From the IMG/VR virus record IMGVR_UViG_3300017912_001273, positions 1 to 64,000 of that record: a DNA stretch of 64,000 nucleotides. One strand, given 5' to 3'. The notes beneath the pieces were generated by a model that had not been told where the DNA came from, ran no database searches, and saw nothing but the letters and a program-made list of their open reading frames with translations. The first letter of the stretch is position 1. Each line of letters starts with the position of its first letter. A program made the translations under genes and the position numbers. The DNA comes from a virus. Lineage: Duplodnaviria > Caudoviricetes. Positions 10,092 through 20,602 of the stretch are shown here, in pieces.

Positions 10092-10796
10092 TTAATTGTT
10101 TCTTTCTGCTGCTTGCATGCCTCTTTGCTGTTGATATACATTTTCTATATCACCTGCAATTAGTGCAGCTGTGTCATCAAGGATAACTTCAACTAAGTCA
10201 TCTTTAAATTCACAATTTACATTAGCTGTACTTACTAAACCAGTATATGGATTTACACAATCCACCACCTCAATAAGCACAGGTTTTCTATAATAAGTTA
10301 ATACAGGGTTAACAATGTCAAAGCTGCTATCCCTGTATATTCTTATTCTATTATCTATCATAGTACAGAATGTTTCTCCCCATTCAAAACTTGGATTCTT
10401 TAATGGATCCCTTAATAAAAGAGGAACATTAGCTTCTTCAGCTAAATATACTGTCATAGATCTTGGTGTACAACAATCATCCTTTGCTTGAGTTGTAACC
10501 CTTTTGTACTCTAAATATGTATCAATTGGAAAGTTAGTTGCTTCAAAGTATGTGTCAGTAACATTACCTGTAAGAGATAACTCTATTAGTAATGGTTGTA
10601 AATCATCTATTCTTTTCTTAGATAACTCATCACCTTCTTTATACATATTTCCACCGTGCAGGTTTCTCCTACACCACTCTATCTGAGCCTTATTAAAAGC
10701 TTCTATAAACTGCCAGCATTCAATGTTATCATAATCATTACTATCTAGCTTATTTAACCTTTGTTTAAGCTTTATAAAGAGTGTACTATTTTCCAT
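10092..10796 (-). CDS. crAss-like tail ring/head-tail connector protein
   Basis: KLKQRLNKLDSNDY...FNKAQ, RIDDLQPLL, LTYYRKP motifs; synteny. Confidence 0.6.
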   Translation of the reverse strand: MENSTLFIKLKQRLNKLDSNDYDNIECWQFIEAFNKAQIEWCRRNLHGGNMYKEGDELSKKRIDDLQPLLIELSLTGNVTDTYFEATNFPIDTYLEYKRVTTQAKDDCCTPRSMTVYLAEEANVPLLLRDPLKNPSFEWGETFCTMIDNRIRIYRDSSFDIVNPVLTYYRKPVLIEVVDCVNPYTGLVSTANVNCEFKDDLVEVILDDTAALIAGDIENVYQQQRGMQAAERNN

Positions 10797-10807
10797 TATT
10801 TAATATT

Positions 10808-11827
10808 TTATGAGTTCCAATATGGTTCAACTTTGTCTAATAATGACAACAATGTTTCTTCATTTTCTGGATCTCTAAGGAAATCTAAGCACTCATTAGG
10901 TCTTTTACCCATTCTTACTCCACTGTCAATTGGTTCCATCCAACCACCAGCTTTAGTAACAATAAATCTATAATAAAGACCATCTTTAATTAATGCTCTG
11001 ATTTTTAACTCCTCCATATCCAATCCTGCAACCTCCAGGAATTGTGATGCAGCTCTCTTCTTATTACCCTCAGAACCATTTCCATTCACATAGTCATCCA
11101 TGTTTTCAAATAATACATCATTAGGTGTATTCTTTGTATATTGTACACTATCAGCATCACATACTTTTGCAACATAAAGTAGCTTAGTAGTGTTAGTATC
11201 ATATAACTCAGTTAACTTAGAGATAGCTCTGTTTCTGAGTTTAGTGTACTCTGTTCTAGTAGTTAAAGTTTCTTCAACTGTATCTAGATAAAACTTTGGT
11301 TCTTTCTGTGCAGCTTTTGCCTCCTTTAGTGATTTTGCAACTATAGAAAACCCACCTGCTTTAATTGCATAAAGTTTAATTTTATCATATGGATCAACTT
11401 CTGGATCTAAAAATACAGGGTCATTACCACATCTAATTTCAATCTTATCCCAGAACTTAGAGTTGTCTGGCTTCATTACTGTAAGCTTATTCCAAAACTC
11501 TTTATCTTTTGGATCTACTACATTTGCAGCAAGTGAAGCTTCTAAATCAGCAACTACAGCTCTGATCTCAGCAATCTTTTCTTTCTTTTCTTTTGGAGGT
11601 AAAGCTTTTACTTCTGGTGCAAATTCATTCAACCCTGTAACATATCTCTTTACCCCATTTAATTCTAAACAAGCTAAACTTTCTTGATGCCATACGCCAT
11701 CATGAAGAGCTAAGCCATATTGTTCTAACCCCATATTCTCCTTGCTAGGATTAAAATAAGGTCTAATAGCTATTGTGCTACTTTTCTTTTTATGTTGATA
11801 TTTCTCAACAATAGTGTAATCTTCCAT
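10808..11827 (-). CDS. Conserved crAss-like protein downstream of MCP
   Basis: Long ORF, KFWD...FLD...P..KIK and LIKDGLYYRFI segments; synteny. Confidence 0.5.
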   Translation of the reverse strand: MEDYTIVEKYQHKKKSSTIAIRPYFNPSKENMGLEQYGLALHDGVWHQESLACLELNGVKRYVTGLNEFAPEVKALPPKEKKEKIAEIRAVVADLEASLAANVVDPKDKEFWNKLTVMKPDNSKFWDKIEIRCGNDPVFLDPEVDPYDKIKLYAIKAGGFSIVAKSLKEAKAAQKEPKFYLDTVEETLTTRTEYTKLRNRAISKLTELYDTNTTKLLYVAKVCDADSVQYTKNTPNDVLFENMDDYVNGNGSEGNKKRAASQFLEVAGLDMEELKIRALIKDGLYYRFIVTKAGGWMEPIDSGVRMGKRPNECLDFLRDPENEETLLSLLDKVEPYWNS

Positions 11828-11910
11828 AATATTGGTTTTAAAAATTAATAATTGTTATACATAGTCAAAAGTACAAAATCTTGTACAATCTATTATTATT
11901 AATATTTCTA

Positions 11911-11933
11911 AAAGCAAGACGTTAATCTTGCTT
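11911..11933 (-). terminator. Hairpin terminator
   Basis: AAGCAAGA...TCTTGCTT inverted repeat, T-run follows on minus strand. Confidence 0.55.
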
Positions 11934-11947
11934 CAAGTTATTTGACG

Positions 11948-12187
11948 TTAGTCAATAACAATTTTTAATATTCCAGCAGTGTGATAAATATCTCCCTTTT
12001 TTAAGCCTGCAGCTTTAGCAGCAGCATTGTCAGCATAAGAATCAGAATCAGCAATATCACGTATCCAAGATCTAACTAAATTTACATGTAGTAATCTTGC
12101 ATTACCTGTTTCTGCTCTTGAAACCCCCTCATATGCTGGGCTCTCAAATTGAGATTTTAATACAGCTAGTTGTTTTGGTGCTCCCAT
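11948..12187 (-). CDS. Small virion-associated protein (79 aa)
   Basis: Directly after MCP; C-terminal YADNAAAKAAGLKKGDIYHT motif. Confidence 0.6.
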   Translation of the reverse strand: MGAPKQLAVLKSQFESPAYEGVSRAETGNARLLHVNLVRSWIRDIADSDSYADNAAAKAAGLKKGDIYHTAGILKIVID

Positions 12188-12215
12188 GATATTTATTTTT
12201 TAAAGGTTAAAAATA

Positions 12216-12246
12216 AAAGGGAGGAGGTATTACCCGCCTCCCCTTT
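12216..12246 (-). terminator. Rho-independent terminator after MCP
   Basis: AAAGGGAGG...CCTCCCTTT inverted repeat. Confidence 0.8.
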
Positions 12247-12257
12247 GATTACAATTC

Positions 12258-13877
12258 TTAGAATGATCCTCCCGTAACTGGGTTTCTCATTACAATTTTT
12301 AGAACTTTAGTCGGATCTTTAACCCATACAGCTGGCATGGTCTGAGTCATATATACTCTATATCCATTGAACTGACCAGTAGATGCAAATCCTTGAGTTC
12401 TTCCCATGTAGTCCATAGTACCATTTTGGTAGAACCACTTAAGTTGATTATCCCAAGAAAGTTTCAACAAGTGAATGTTGTCATTTCCTTCATCAGTTAC
12501 ATCAAATATAATAAAGCTAAATGAACTTAGAGGTCTTCCATCAATTAATGGATTCTCAATATCATTAGTGTTTAAGTTGTCAAATGCAGGATTCAATACA
12601 AACTTAACGTTAGCTAAGAAAGGAATAGTAAAGCTTGTGTAAGCAAAACCATAATCTAAATCCATACCTTGTCCACTTACAGCTCCAATTTGAGATGCAT
12701 TTTGAACTAAACCAGAACCATACACTTCATCAGCAATTGCTTTGTTGATAAGTTGCATACCACCAATACCTGTTTGAACAACAAGTGATCTTTGTGGGTC
12801 TGGCCCTTTAAATTCAACTTTACCTTGGTAGAAGTTGTAGAGCTCAGACTTGAACATATCAAGAGTGAAAGAAGACTTGTTGTATACTCTCTTGAAAGAG
12901 TTATCCAACTGTGACCATAAACCAACAGATAATCTAATATCATCTGGTCCGTCTTGCTTAATTCTACCACCTTTACCCCACATTAGGTAAGTTTCAATAT
13001 CTGTAGCAATTTTAGAAAGGTGTGCTGCTTCCATATTAGTAATGAAAGTACGTGTAAGAGTGCCATTTTCCATAGCTTCTCTTGCACCAGCTTTACCCAT
13101 AGTTGCTACTAATCCTTCAATACTAGGTACTGATGGATTGTTAGGATCATTGTCAAAGTTTCTCCAGATCTCAGTAACAGGTACAGTACCATCAGCATTC
13201 AAACCACCTTTGATCATAAGATCAGCACGGCTTGAAATAGAATAGTGTACGTGTGCTTCAGCTCCTCCTACAAAGTTGTAGAACTCTCTGAAACCAGAAC
13301 CTGTTTCAATATCAGAAAACCTCTCACCATATTCACCTCTAGCAGAACCTTTTCTAAAGAATTTTGTTCCTTTAGCTAGGTACTTATTATCTAAACTAGC
13401 AGCATTGTTATTGTTAACTAACTGCACAGTATAGACAAACCCATCACCTGCAGGGATAATATCATCTGCAGTGATATACAATTCAAGACCATTGTACTTA
13501 TCATAAGTGATAATATCACCATGACCAAATGATCTCTTGTTGACCTTAATCTTAAATGTAGTGCCATCTACACCTTTGCTAGCGTTAGCAGGTTCAATGT
13601 CAGCCACAATATAAGGCAGGTCTTGAGCAATAGGAGTTTGCCATTTGTACTCACCTCTAGCGTTGTCCACCAAGATTGTATTCTTTCCACCAAAAGAAGC
13701 CATTTGATATAAAGGCATTTCAACTTTTTGAGTCATTGCCCATAAATCAATTGGTCCCATATCCATAGGCTCAGGGTTACCAAGCATCTGGGTAAGGTGA
13801 TAAGAATCAACATGAGAACTTGCTTTATAGCTTGTATCTCTTAGGAAAATCCCATTATTTAAAACTGGAGTTGCCAT
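12258..13877 (-). CDS. Major capsid protein, crAss-like (539 aa)
   Basis: Portal-scaffold-MCP order; EYKWQ, IETYLMWGKG, VGLWSQL, VWVKDPTK motifs; strong terminator. Confidence 0.85.
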   Translation of the reverse strand: MATPVLNNGIFLRDTSYKASSHVDSYHLTQMLGNPEPMDMGPIDLWAMTQKVEMPLYQMASFGGKNTILVDNARGEYKWQTPIAQDLPYIVADIEPANASKGVDGTTFKIKVNKRSFGHGDIITYDKYNGLELYITADDIIPAGDGFVYTVQLVNNNNAASLDNKYLAKGTKFFRKGSARGEYGERFSDIETGSGFREFYNFVGGAEAHVHYSISSRADLMIKGGLNADGTVPVTEIWRNFDNDPNNPSVPSIEGLVATMGKAGAREAMENGTLTRTFITNMEAAHLSKIATDIETYLMWGKGGRIKQDGPDDIRLSVGLWSQLDNSFKRVYNKSSFTLDMFKSELYNFYQGKVEFKGPDPQRSLVVQTGIGGMQLINKAIADEVYGSGLVQNASQIGAVSGQGMDLDYGFAYTSFTIPFLANVKFVLNPAFDNLNTNDIENPLIDGRPLSSFSFIIFDVTDEGNDNIHLLKLSWDNQLKWFYQNGTMDYMGRTQGFASTGQFNGYRVYMTQTMPAVWVKDPTKVLKIVMRNPVTGGSF

Positions 13878-13936
13878 AATTTGATTGTTTTTGATTGTTA
13901 ATAATTAATTTCAGTTTATATATTTAATTGTTGTAA

Positions 13937-15277
13937 TTAAATTCGTTTAAAAATATTTGTTGGCCTTTTGATCTTTCTTTTTGAAGATTTTCTTTTACTT
14001 TCCTCATTTGCTTGTTGCACACCTAATGATGTACCACCTGCATTTGATTGTTCAGTCTTCAACTTTCTGACCGTTTTCTCTACACTTTTCTGAGCTCCTT
14101 TATCCATAATCTTTGCTTTGTATCCTTCTGGATCCTGTAGCAACCACAGTGCTTCAGATATTAAAGAGTAGTTTGGCTCAACAAACTGATACTTTTCTAG
14201 TAAGTGTCCTAATAAATTAGTGTTTTTCCCACTTACTGAAGGATAATTAGGTTGTACCAACCCGTGATATAACATTGCTTGAGTCTTTCTATCAACTTTA
14301 ATGTCACCTAATTTACCATCTTTCAAAGTATCATATACATTCTTCATATATGCTTTAGATGCTTGTTCTTGTTGTTTCTTCTTAAGCTCTTGCTCTTGAA
14401 TCTTTTGTGCAACAACCTTTTCTTGCATCTTGTCCAGTTTAGGCTTAAACTTGTTAGCTTGTTGTTCTAACTTACCTAAATCTTTCCATATTTCAATTTC
14501 TTCTTGAATCTCTTCAGTAGTACCATATCCAGTAGCACTAAGATATTCAGTAATAATTTTTTCTTGATCAGATGCTTTCTTTACATCTAGATCTCTTGTT
14601 TCTTCAACTTGGGCAAGAGTTGAAAACAATCCTTTTAAATCTTTACCACCATCTGCTACATATCTTGCAGCAATTTGTAATTCTTGTGGTAAACTTTGAA
14701 AGAACTGCTTTGGAGTTTCTTGTCTTACTTGATTTGCTTTTTCTTCTAAGTTAGCTTCAATTAACTCTTCCCAATCCTTTGCGGTATATTCTTCTAATGG
14801 TTTGTCATCATCAAAAGGAACTATTTTATCTTCCTTTATTAATTTACCAAAAACATCAGATATACCTGATATAGTTTTTCTACCTCTCTTTGCCTTTGGC
14901 TCTTCTTCAGTTTCTTCAACTTCATCAAGAGAGTTTAAAATTTCTTCAACATTTTCTTCTGTCTTAGTCTCCTTGCCTTCTTCTGCTTTGACTTCTTCTT
15001 CTTCTTTTACCTCTTCTTTAGGTTCTTCAGCTTTCTCATCAGCTTTCTCCTCAGCTTTATCTTCTGTCTTAGCATTCAAATCATCAGCATCATTTGCATC
15101 AGGATCTAAAAAGGACATATCTGACTTTTTTCCAGTGCCAGAGAAAATGTTTGTTGGCTTTTTAGAATCTTGTTGGATGATGTCAGCACCACTTGGTGCA
15201 GCGTTAAAAATCTCATCCAAATTGATATCTACTTGTTCTACGTTACTGTTCACAGTATTTGTTTCTGTATTACTCAT
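13937..15277 (-). CDS. Acidic helical protein, putative capsid scaffold
   Basis: E/K/D-rich coiled-coil; between portal and MCP. Confidence 0.6.
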   Translation of the reverse strand: MSNTETNTVNSNVEQVDINLDEIFNAAPSGADIIQQDSKKPTNIFSGTGKKSDMSFLDPDANDADDLNAKTEDKAEEKADEKAEEPKEEVKEEEEVKAEEGKETKTEENVEEILNSLDEVEETEEEPKAKRGRKTISGISDVFGKLIKEDKIVPFDDDKPLEEYTAKDWEELIEANLEEKANQVRQETPKQFFQSLPQELQIAARYVADGGKDLKGLFSTLAQVEETRDLDVKKASDQEKIITEYLSATGYGTTEEIQEEIEIWKDLGKLEQQANKFKPKLDKMQEKVVAQKIQEQELKKKQQEQASKAYMKNVYDTLKDGKLGDIKVDRKTQAMLYHGLVQPNYPSVSGKNTNLLGHLLEKYQFVEPNYSLISEALWLLQDPEGYKAKIMDKGAQKSVEKTVRKLKTEQSNAGGTSLGVQQANEESKRKSSKRKIKRPTNIFKRI

Positions 15278-15374
15278 AATTGTTGGTTTTAAAGATTTAT
15301 ACTTCTTACATATATAATATAAGAAACTTTTTTCATTCTAAACTTATAATATTTGGAATATTATGAAAATAAAA

Positions 15375-15392
15375 TGCAGTATATAGCTAACG
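15375..15392 (-). promoter_or_regulatory. Repeated element CGTTAGCTATATACTGC
   Basis: Near-identical to 34073-34090 on plus strand; both start 1 nt after a TAA stop. Confidence 0.5.
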
Positions 15393-15393
15393 T

Positions 15394-18144
15394 TTATTTT
15401 TTATCTTCAGATTTGGGAGAATCATACTTATTTTTGTTCTCTTTAGCTATTTGAAGTTTGGTGTCAGCTATTTGTTTTTGTGCAGCTATCTTTTCTTTTT
15501 CAACAGCTAGCCTGCTATTTTCCATTGAAGCTTTGGTAGCATTTTTCTGACGTTCTAAGTTCATTTTCTCTTGATATTGTGTAGTATCTCTAATATCTTT
15601 CATAGCATCTTGATAATCAGACATTTGGTTTTGGTTTATATCTACCATAGAACCATAACCAGCTGATCTAATCTCAGCTAAAAGAACATCATTTTGTCTG
15701 TCTTTTTCATTTTCAGCCATCTCAACTTGTAGCTTTTGTTGCTCTTCTTGAGCTTTTGCTTGTAATTGTTGCTCTTGCATCTCACGTTGTTGTTGCATTT
15801 CTTCTGCTCTTTGCTTTTGTATTCTTGCTTCAGAATCTTTAAGTATATCTGAAACTTCAGCAATTGAGTCAGCTTTAACAATATTACCAAGCTCATATAT
15901 GCTTGCACCACTTGTATTATTAGTAAGTGCTAATTGTTTAAGGTTTTCAAGTATAGCTCTGTGATTTGTTTTAGTGGTAGCAAATACATTAAAATCTCTA
16001 AGTAGTAGATCTGTACCATTTATAGTAAAGTTTACTTTCTCAGCCTCTGTAGATATATAAGAAAGTCTTACACTTGGATTAGTGCTATAATAATGTTGTG
16101 CTAAATCAGTTCTCATTTGATGTACCCTTGGCATTAAATGATCTGAATGTTGTACAAAGTACATTTCTGTTTGTGCATATGATTGCTGCATTGCTTGTAC
16201 TACACCTGTAGCAGTTTGTGCTGATACAGCTCCACCTAAACGTTGTGGGTTTATACCAATTGCATCAAAACATTGTTGTTTAAAATAATTTGCAAGTTGA
16301 ATTCTAGACATCAATCTATTAGTCTGCTCCATATTAAGAGTTTGATAATGATTGAAGTTAGTTGCATTCTCAGTATTTGTAATTGATGTATCAAGAGGTA
16401 GCATCTGGAAATCCTTCATTGCTACATATGCTTTTGCATAATTATTCTTACCCCAGTCCTCACCCATAGAGTGACGTGGTAAAGCATTTTGATCAAACAT
16501 AATTACAGTGCCTAATTCATCTATTAGAATGTCAGCAATCTGGTTATTAACCATATTATATCCAACTTGATATGCTTTCATCAAGTCTACTAAAGAAGTA
16601 GATCTTGTATTTCTATCTGAGAATACTCTTCCCTCAACAGGTAACTTACATCCATACAATGAATTATTACCTTTAAATTGAAATGGTAATCTGCCTGGTT
16701 TAGTTCTATCAATACCTAAATAAATAGGATTAATATTATCACCCATAGTAGATCTCCACATTGCAGGTAAGTTTGGACCAATCTTAACACCACCCCAAAC
16801 TTCATTAATCCATATCCAATCTATATGCTCTCCTGCTAATAAGTTTTCTTTTGATTTGTTTTTAAATATAGAAGTATCATATACGGGCTTTTTAGTTATC
16901 TTAAAGGTTTCATCAACAATCTCTTGTGTAATTTCACCATCATCTTCTATTTTAGTTAAATGACCAACTCTTCTTTGTGTCTTCCAATATATTGTTGAAA
17001 CTCTCATCAAGTTTCCTTCACCCCACATTTGAATATCTTCACCTTCATCAAGAATCTGACTTAGTATATCACCACCTCTTGCTGGATCATCCCAGTAGTT
17101 ACTTGTAAATTGTCTGTATGGTAAACCTGGCATTTGAGTGTTCCACTCATGTGATCTTTCTGCATCATAGTATGCACCATCATTCTGATATCCATTAACT
17201 TGATATTGTGCTGATCTTGCAGGATATATTTTTTGTAATGACTTTAATTGTTTCTCATTCATTAAGTAACCGTATCTATCTACTACATCAGATACAGTCA
17301 TCAAATCTACTTTGCCTACATAATTAGAATCAGCAATGTATCTTTGATCTGGAGACTTTTGATAGAAAGTTAATACAGGATTCCACAACTCTACATCATA
17401 GTCATCTTCTAACATACGGAAATGCCAGAACTCTCTATCTGCAATAAGCATATCTCTGAACCCTCTTTCTTCAAGTTCTTGCATTTTGAATCTTTCTTCA
17501 TCTACTGCAAGTTGATGAGAAGCCCATTCTTCAACCATACTTCTATAAGACTTACTAAAGAAATCTTCTATTTCAGGTAAAGACTTTAAACTCTCTGGTG
17601 CTAATTGTTGCTTTGCTTCTTCTGAGGCAGGATCCATTCCCATCTCAATCATCTTACGTACCATCTGTGCTTCAGCATCAGCCAATAAAGCTTCTTCTAT
17701 TTGAAATCTTTTTTGTTCTAACATCTCATTATATGAGATATCATCTATAGCTCTAAACTGTACTTTAGAATATCTTTTAGCAAATTCACCAGTAAGTACA
17801 TTTATAACATTTGGAACAATAGGATAAAATTTTAACTCAAGTGCTGAATCATTCTCTTGAGTTAAGGTGTCCATTAAATCTTTGTATTCATTATCAGGCT
17901 CAACTATATAATCAGTTTTATCTATAATACCTTTTGCTAATTTATAGTTCTTAAGAAGTCTTCTTGCATTGACCCGTAAGAACTCTATTCCTTGTAACTC
18001 TAACCAATCAAGGTTCCAAGCTGCCCAATCATCTGTCTTTTTAGAATATGGTAAGAATTGTACTGGTTGGGTAAGACTAGAAAAAGTTGGTCCTTCTTCT
18101 GCCTTAGCACCATTTTTAAGTTGCATTGCATTTAATACTCTCAT
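15394..18144 (-). CDS. Portal protein (916 aa)
   Basis: Abuts TerL; NYKLAKG, YPIVPNVINVLTGE, GINPQRLG motifs; Q-rich C-terminal coiled-coil barrel. Confidence 0.9.
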   Translation of the reverse strand: MRVLNAMQLKNGAKAEEGPTFSSLTQPVQFLPYSKKTDDWAAWNLDWLELQGIEFLRVNARRLLKNYKLAKGIIDKTDYIVEPDNEYKDLMDTLTQENDSALELKFYPIVPNVINVLTGEFAKRYSKVQFRAIDDISYNEMLEQKRFQIEEALLADAEAQMVRKMIEMGMDPASEEAKQQLAPESLKSLPEIEDFFSKSYRSMVEEWASHQLAVDEERFKMQELEERGFRDMLIADREFWHFRMLEDDYDVELWNPVLTFYQKSPDQRYIADSNYVGKVDLMTVSDVVDRYGYLMNEKQLKSLQKIYPARSAQYQVNGYQNDGAYYDAERSHEWNTQMPGLPYRQFTSNYWDDPARGGDILSQILDEGEDIQMWGEGNLMRVSTIYWKTQRRVGHLTKIEDDGEITQEIVDETFKITKKPVYDTSIFKNKSKENLLAGEHIDWIWINEVWGGVKIGPNLPAMWRSTMGDNINPIYLGIDRTKPGRLPFQFKGNNSLYGCKLPVEGRVFSDRNTRSTSLVDLMKAYQVGYNMVNNQIADILIDELGTVIMFDQNALPRHSMGEDWGKNNYAKAYVAMKDFQMLPLDTSITNTENATNFNHYQTLNMEQTNRLMSRIQLANYFKQQCFDAIGINPQRLGGAVSAQTATGVVQAMQQSYAQTEMYFVQHSDHLMPRVHQMRTDLAQHYYSTNPSVRLSYISTEAEKVNFTINGTDLLLRDFNVFATTKTNHRAILENLKQLALTNNTSGASIYELGNIVKADSIAEVSDILKDSEARIQKQRAEEMQQQREMQEQQLQAKAQEEQQKLQVEMAENEKDRQNDVLLAEIRSAGYGSMVDINQNQMSDYQDAMKDIRDTTQYQEKMNLERQKNATKASMENSRLAVEKEKIAAQKQIADTKLQIAKENKNKYDSPKSEDKK

Positions 18145-20331
18145 CTATCTAATATTTTTGAAACCAGATCTCTTAATTCTTGTTCTGTTATAACCATTTC
18201 TCCGTCCAAGATTTTTAAACGGACTATACTTTAATTTACCAATTTTTTCTGAATTAACCAAAGAATTGTCTTCTGTTTCACGCCTTTTAGTGTAACCCCT
18301 ATTTGATTGTTGAATCTTTGCAAAAGCCACTAATGCACAGAATGCTACCATTCTATCTACGTTTAATCCTGGATAATAGGCAAGCATTTCTTTTATAAGC
18401 ATTGGATCTGGTATACGTTCAATACCTAAAGTTTGAGACATAACATTACCTTCAACATCTAATTCTTCATCTATGACTTCTCTTAAAAATTCAATACCAT
18501 ATGATATCAAATGGCTTTTAAATAAGTTACCTGTATTCTTCCAACCATACTCTTGATATACAGTTCTATTTGAGCCAAGATCTTTTAAAAATAATATTTG
18601 TTGTTTAGGTACTAGATATCTTTGTTTCTTTCTAGCAATCATGTGCTGTATAAATAAAGAAATGTTATTCTCAACAATAGTCCATGCATTGTACCATTCA
18701 ATAATCATTTCCAATCTTTCATGGGTTTTATTTATATCATCATACCTACCACACCATGATGCAACAATTTTATCTTTCTCTATAAAAGTTTCTGTGTCAC
18801 CAAATTCATTAGTTCTTATTACTTCAGTTGCATTCTTCATTACAAAAATACTACACAAAGAATCTGATGTAGTTGTTTTACCTTCTGATACAGGGTCAAT
18901 AGATGCATAGTATGCACCAAACTGTGGATTCTTAACTGGTCTTTCCCATACAACAATAGATCCACTTTTATCTTGCATTTTTTTATCTACAGGAAACTTA
19001 GATATAGGAAGTTTATTTGTACGGTTTGCAACTATACCTTTCTCATCTCTTTCTAAATCAATTAACTCATATGGGTATTCTTTCTCTTCTATTTTCTTTT
19101 GTTGTTTAGTAAGTATACTTTGTGGAAATATAGACTCTTTTCTATATGCAAATGCTTCTGCAATATTTAATGGCTTCTGAGATATTCTAAGTTGAAATTG
19201 TTCTGCATTTAACTCAGTTTTCCATCTTTCTCTTTCTAACTTGATAGCATGTATTGCTTCTTCTATCTGAGAGTTGCCGTATCTATCAATATAAGGTGGC
19301 ATAGACCACTGTTCAGGAATAAATAGTCCTGCCATACCAATAGTACCATCAGCGTCCATTAGATCAGTTTCTACAGCATATATATCATTTGCTGTAGGAT
19401 TAAGAATCATATCTTTTAGTGGATTACATTGCTCAAGATCACCAACAGATCCCGCTGCTATAAACATACCAGTAGTTACCATACCAGAAGACATTGCTGG
19501 TCTAAGATATTCATAAGTTTCCATCATCTTAGGTGCAATACCAGCCTCTTCATGAAAGAAGTAAGTACATGGACCACCAACACCTGTTGTTGCATTCTTT
19601 TCAAAAGATGCTCCTTGTATTTTAGACTTAAGACCTCTTGAAGTTTTTCTGTTATTTACTTTTACTTCAATTTGTTGTTGCCATAATAATACTTTCTCTG
19701 GATTACTTGGCCTGTACCAAGCAGTATGTTCATTCAAGAAAGTCTTATACTCTTCTAAAAACTTCCATGAACCTTTATCATTGATATAATCTTTTAGTGA
19801 TGCACCTATCTTACATATAGAACCTTCTTCAAACCAATACTGATTTATGATTTTAGCCATATGAAAGTAAGAAGATGCTATCTGTCTTTTCTTTAGTATA
19901 GCAGAATGTTGATTATTAAGTTCAGCTATAATCTCATATAAAGCCATGTGGTATTGTGCATCTCTAACCTTTGCAAAACCATACTTCTTTTCTTCCTTAT
20001 CAAAAATAGGCAGGAAGTTAAGCCACATATAATAGTCTCTAGTTAGATACCACTCTTTAGCTCCATCTTTATAGATAACACCTGTTCTACATTTATTCTT
20101 TTGATCTTCCCAATAATTAACAAAGTCTTTAGATCTAAATGGTTTGTTACAATAAAATCCTTGAGTATTAAAAACTTTTGCTTCATTATTAAATAATAAT
20201 GCCATAGTGGTAAAATCATATTTACCGGGTTCTTTGAAAATACTTTCTAAGTATTCTCTAAATTCTAGATCTGATTCAAATGTAGTTTCAGTCCATTTTC
20301 CATTTTCATATGTAGGTATTACTCTACTCAT
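18145..20331 (-). CDS. terL: Terminase large subunit (728 aa)
   Basis: Walker A-like LKKRQIASSY, Walker B YFFHEEAG, RNase H-like ASIDPV, IVENN, NVDRMVA. Confidence 0.92.
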   Translation of the reverse strand: MSRVIPTYENGKWTETTFESDLEFREYLESIFKEPGKYDFTTMALLFNNEAKVFNTQGFYCNKPFRSKDFVNYWEDQKNKCRTGVIYKDGAKEWYLTRDYYMWLNFLPIFDKEEKKYGFAKVRDAQYHMALYEIIAELNNQHSAILKKRQIASSYFHMAKIINQYWFEEGSICKIGASLKDYINDKGSWKFLEEYKTFLNEHTAWYRPSNPEKVLLWQQQIEVKVNNRKTSRGLKSKIQGASFEKNATTGVGGPCTYFFHEEAGIAPKMMETYEYLRPAMSSGMVTTGMFIAAGSVGDLEQCNPLKDMILNPTANDIYAVETDLMDADGTIGMAGLFIPEQWSMPPYIDRYGNSQIEEAIHAIKLERERWKTELNAEQFQLRISQKPLNIAEAFAYRKESIFPQSILTKQQKKIEEKEYPYELIDLERDEKGIVANRTNKLPISKFPVDKKMQDKSGSIVVWERPVKNPQFGAYYASIDPVSEGKTTTSDSLCSIFVMKNATEVIRTNEFGDTETFIEKDKIVASWCGRYDDINKTHERLEMIIEWYNAWTIVENNISLFIQHMIARKKQRYLVPKQQILFLKDLGSNRTVYQEYGWKNTGNLFKSHLISYGIEFLREVIDEELDVEGNVMSQTLGIERIPDPMLIKEMLAYYPGLNVDRMVAFCALVAFAKIQQSNRGYTKRRETEDNSLVNSEKIGKLKYSPFKNLGRRNGYNRTRIKRSGFKNIR

Positions 20332-20602
20332 ATCTTATAATTGCAAATACATCTCCTGCTTGAAGAAGTAAATGCTCCTCACCTTCATGCTTCATAGGTG
20401 TAGGCATAGCATGCTCTGCATATTGTACAACATCACCAATACTTATCTCCTCTACATCAGCACCAATACCAACTACTGTACCCTTGTATTCTTTTTTTTG
20501 TGCAACTTCTGGAATTATAATACCACCTGCTGTTTTACTTTCTGCAGTGTGTCTTTTGATAAGTAATCTTTTACCTACTGGAATAATTATTTGTTTTTTC
20601 AT
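20324..20602 (-). CDS. groES: Co-chaperonin GroES
   Basis: PVGKRLLIK, KTAGGIIIP mobile loop, GTVVGIG, GDVVQY. Confidence 0.93.
   Translation of the reverse strand: MKKQIIIPVGKRLLIKRHTAESKTAGGIIIPEVAQKKEYKGTVVGIGADVEEISIGDVVQYAEHAMPTPMKHEGEEHLLLQAGDVFAIIRYE

Noticed and set aside
18145-20331. Inteins or introns in terminase (also checked polB and dnaB)
   Set aside because: Lengths are compact, motifs are contiguous, and no intein or homing-endonuclease signature was seen.
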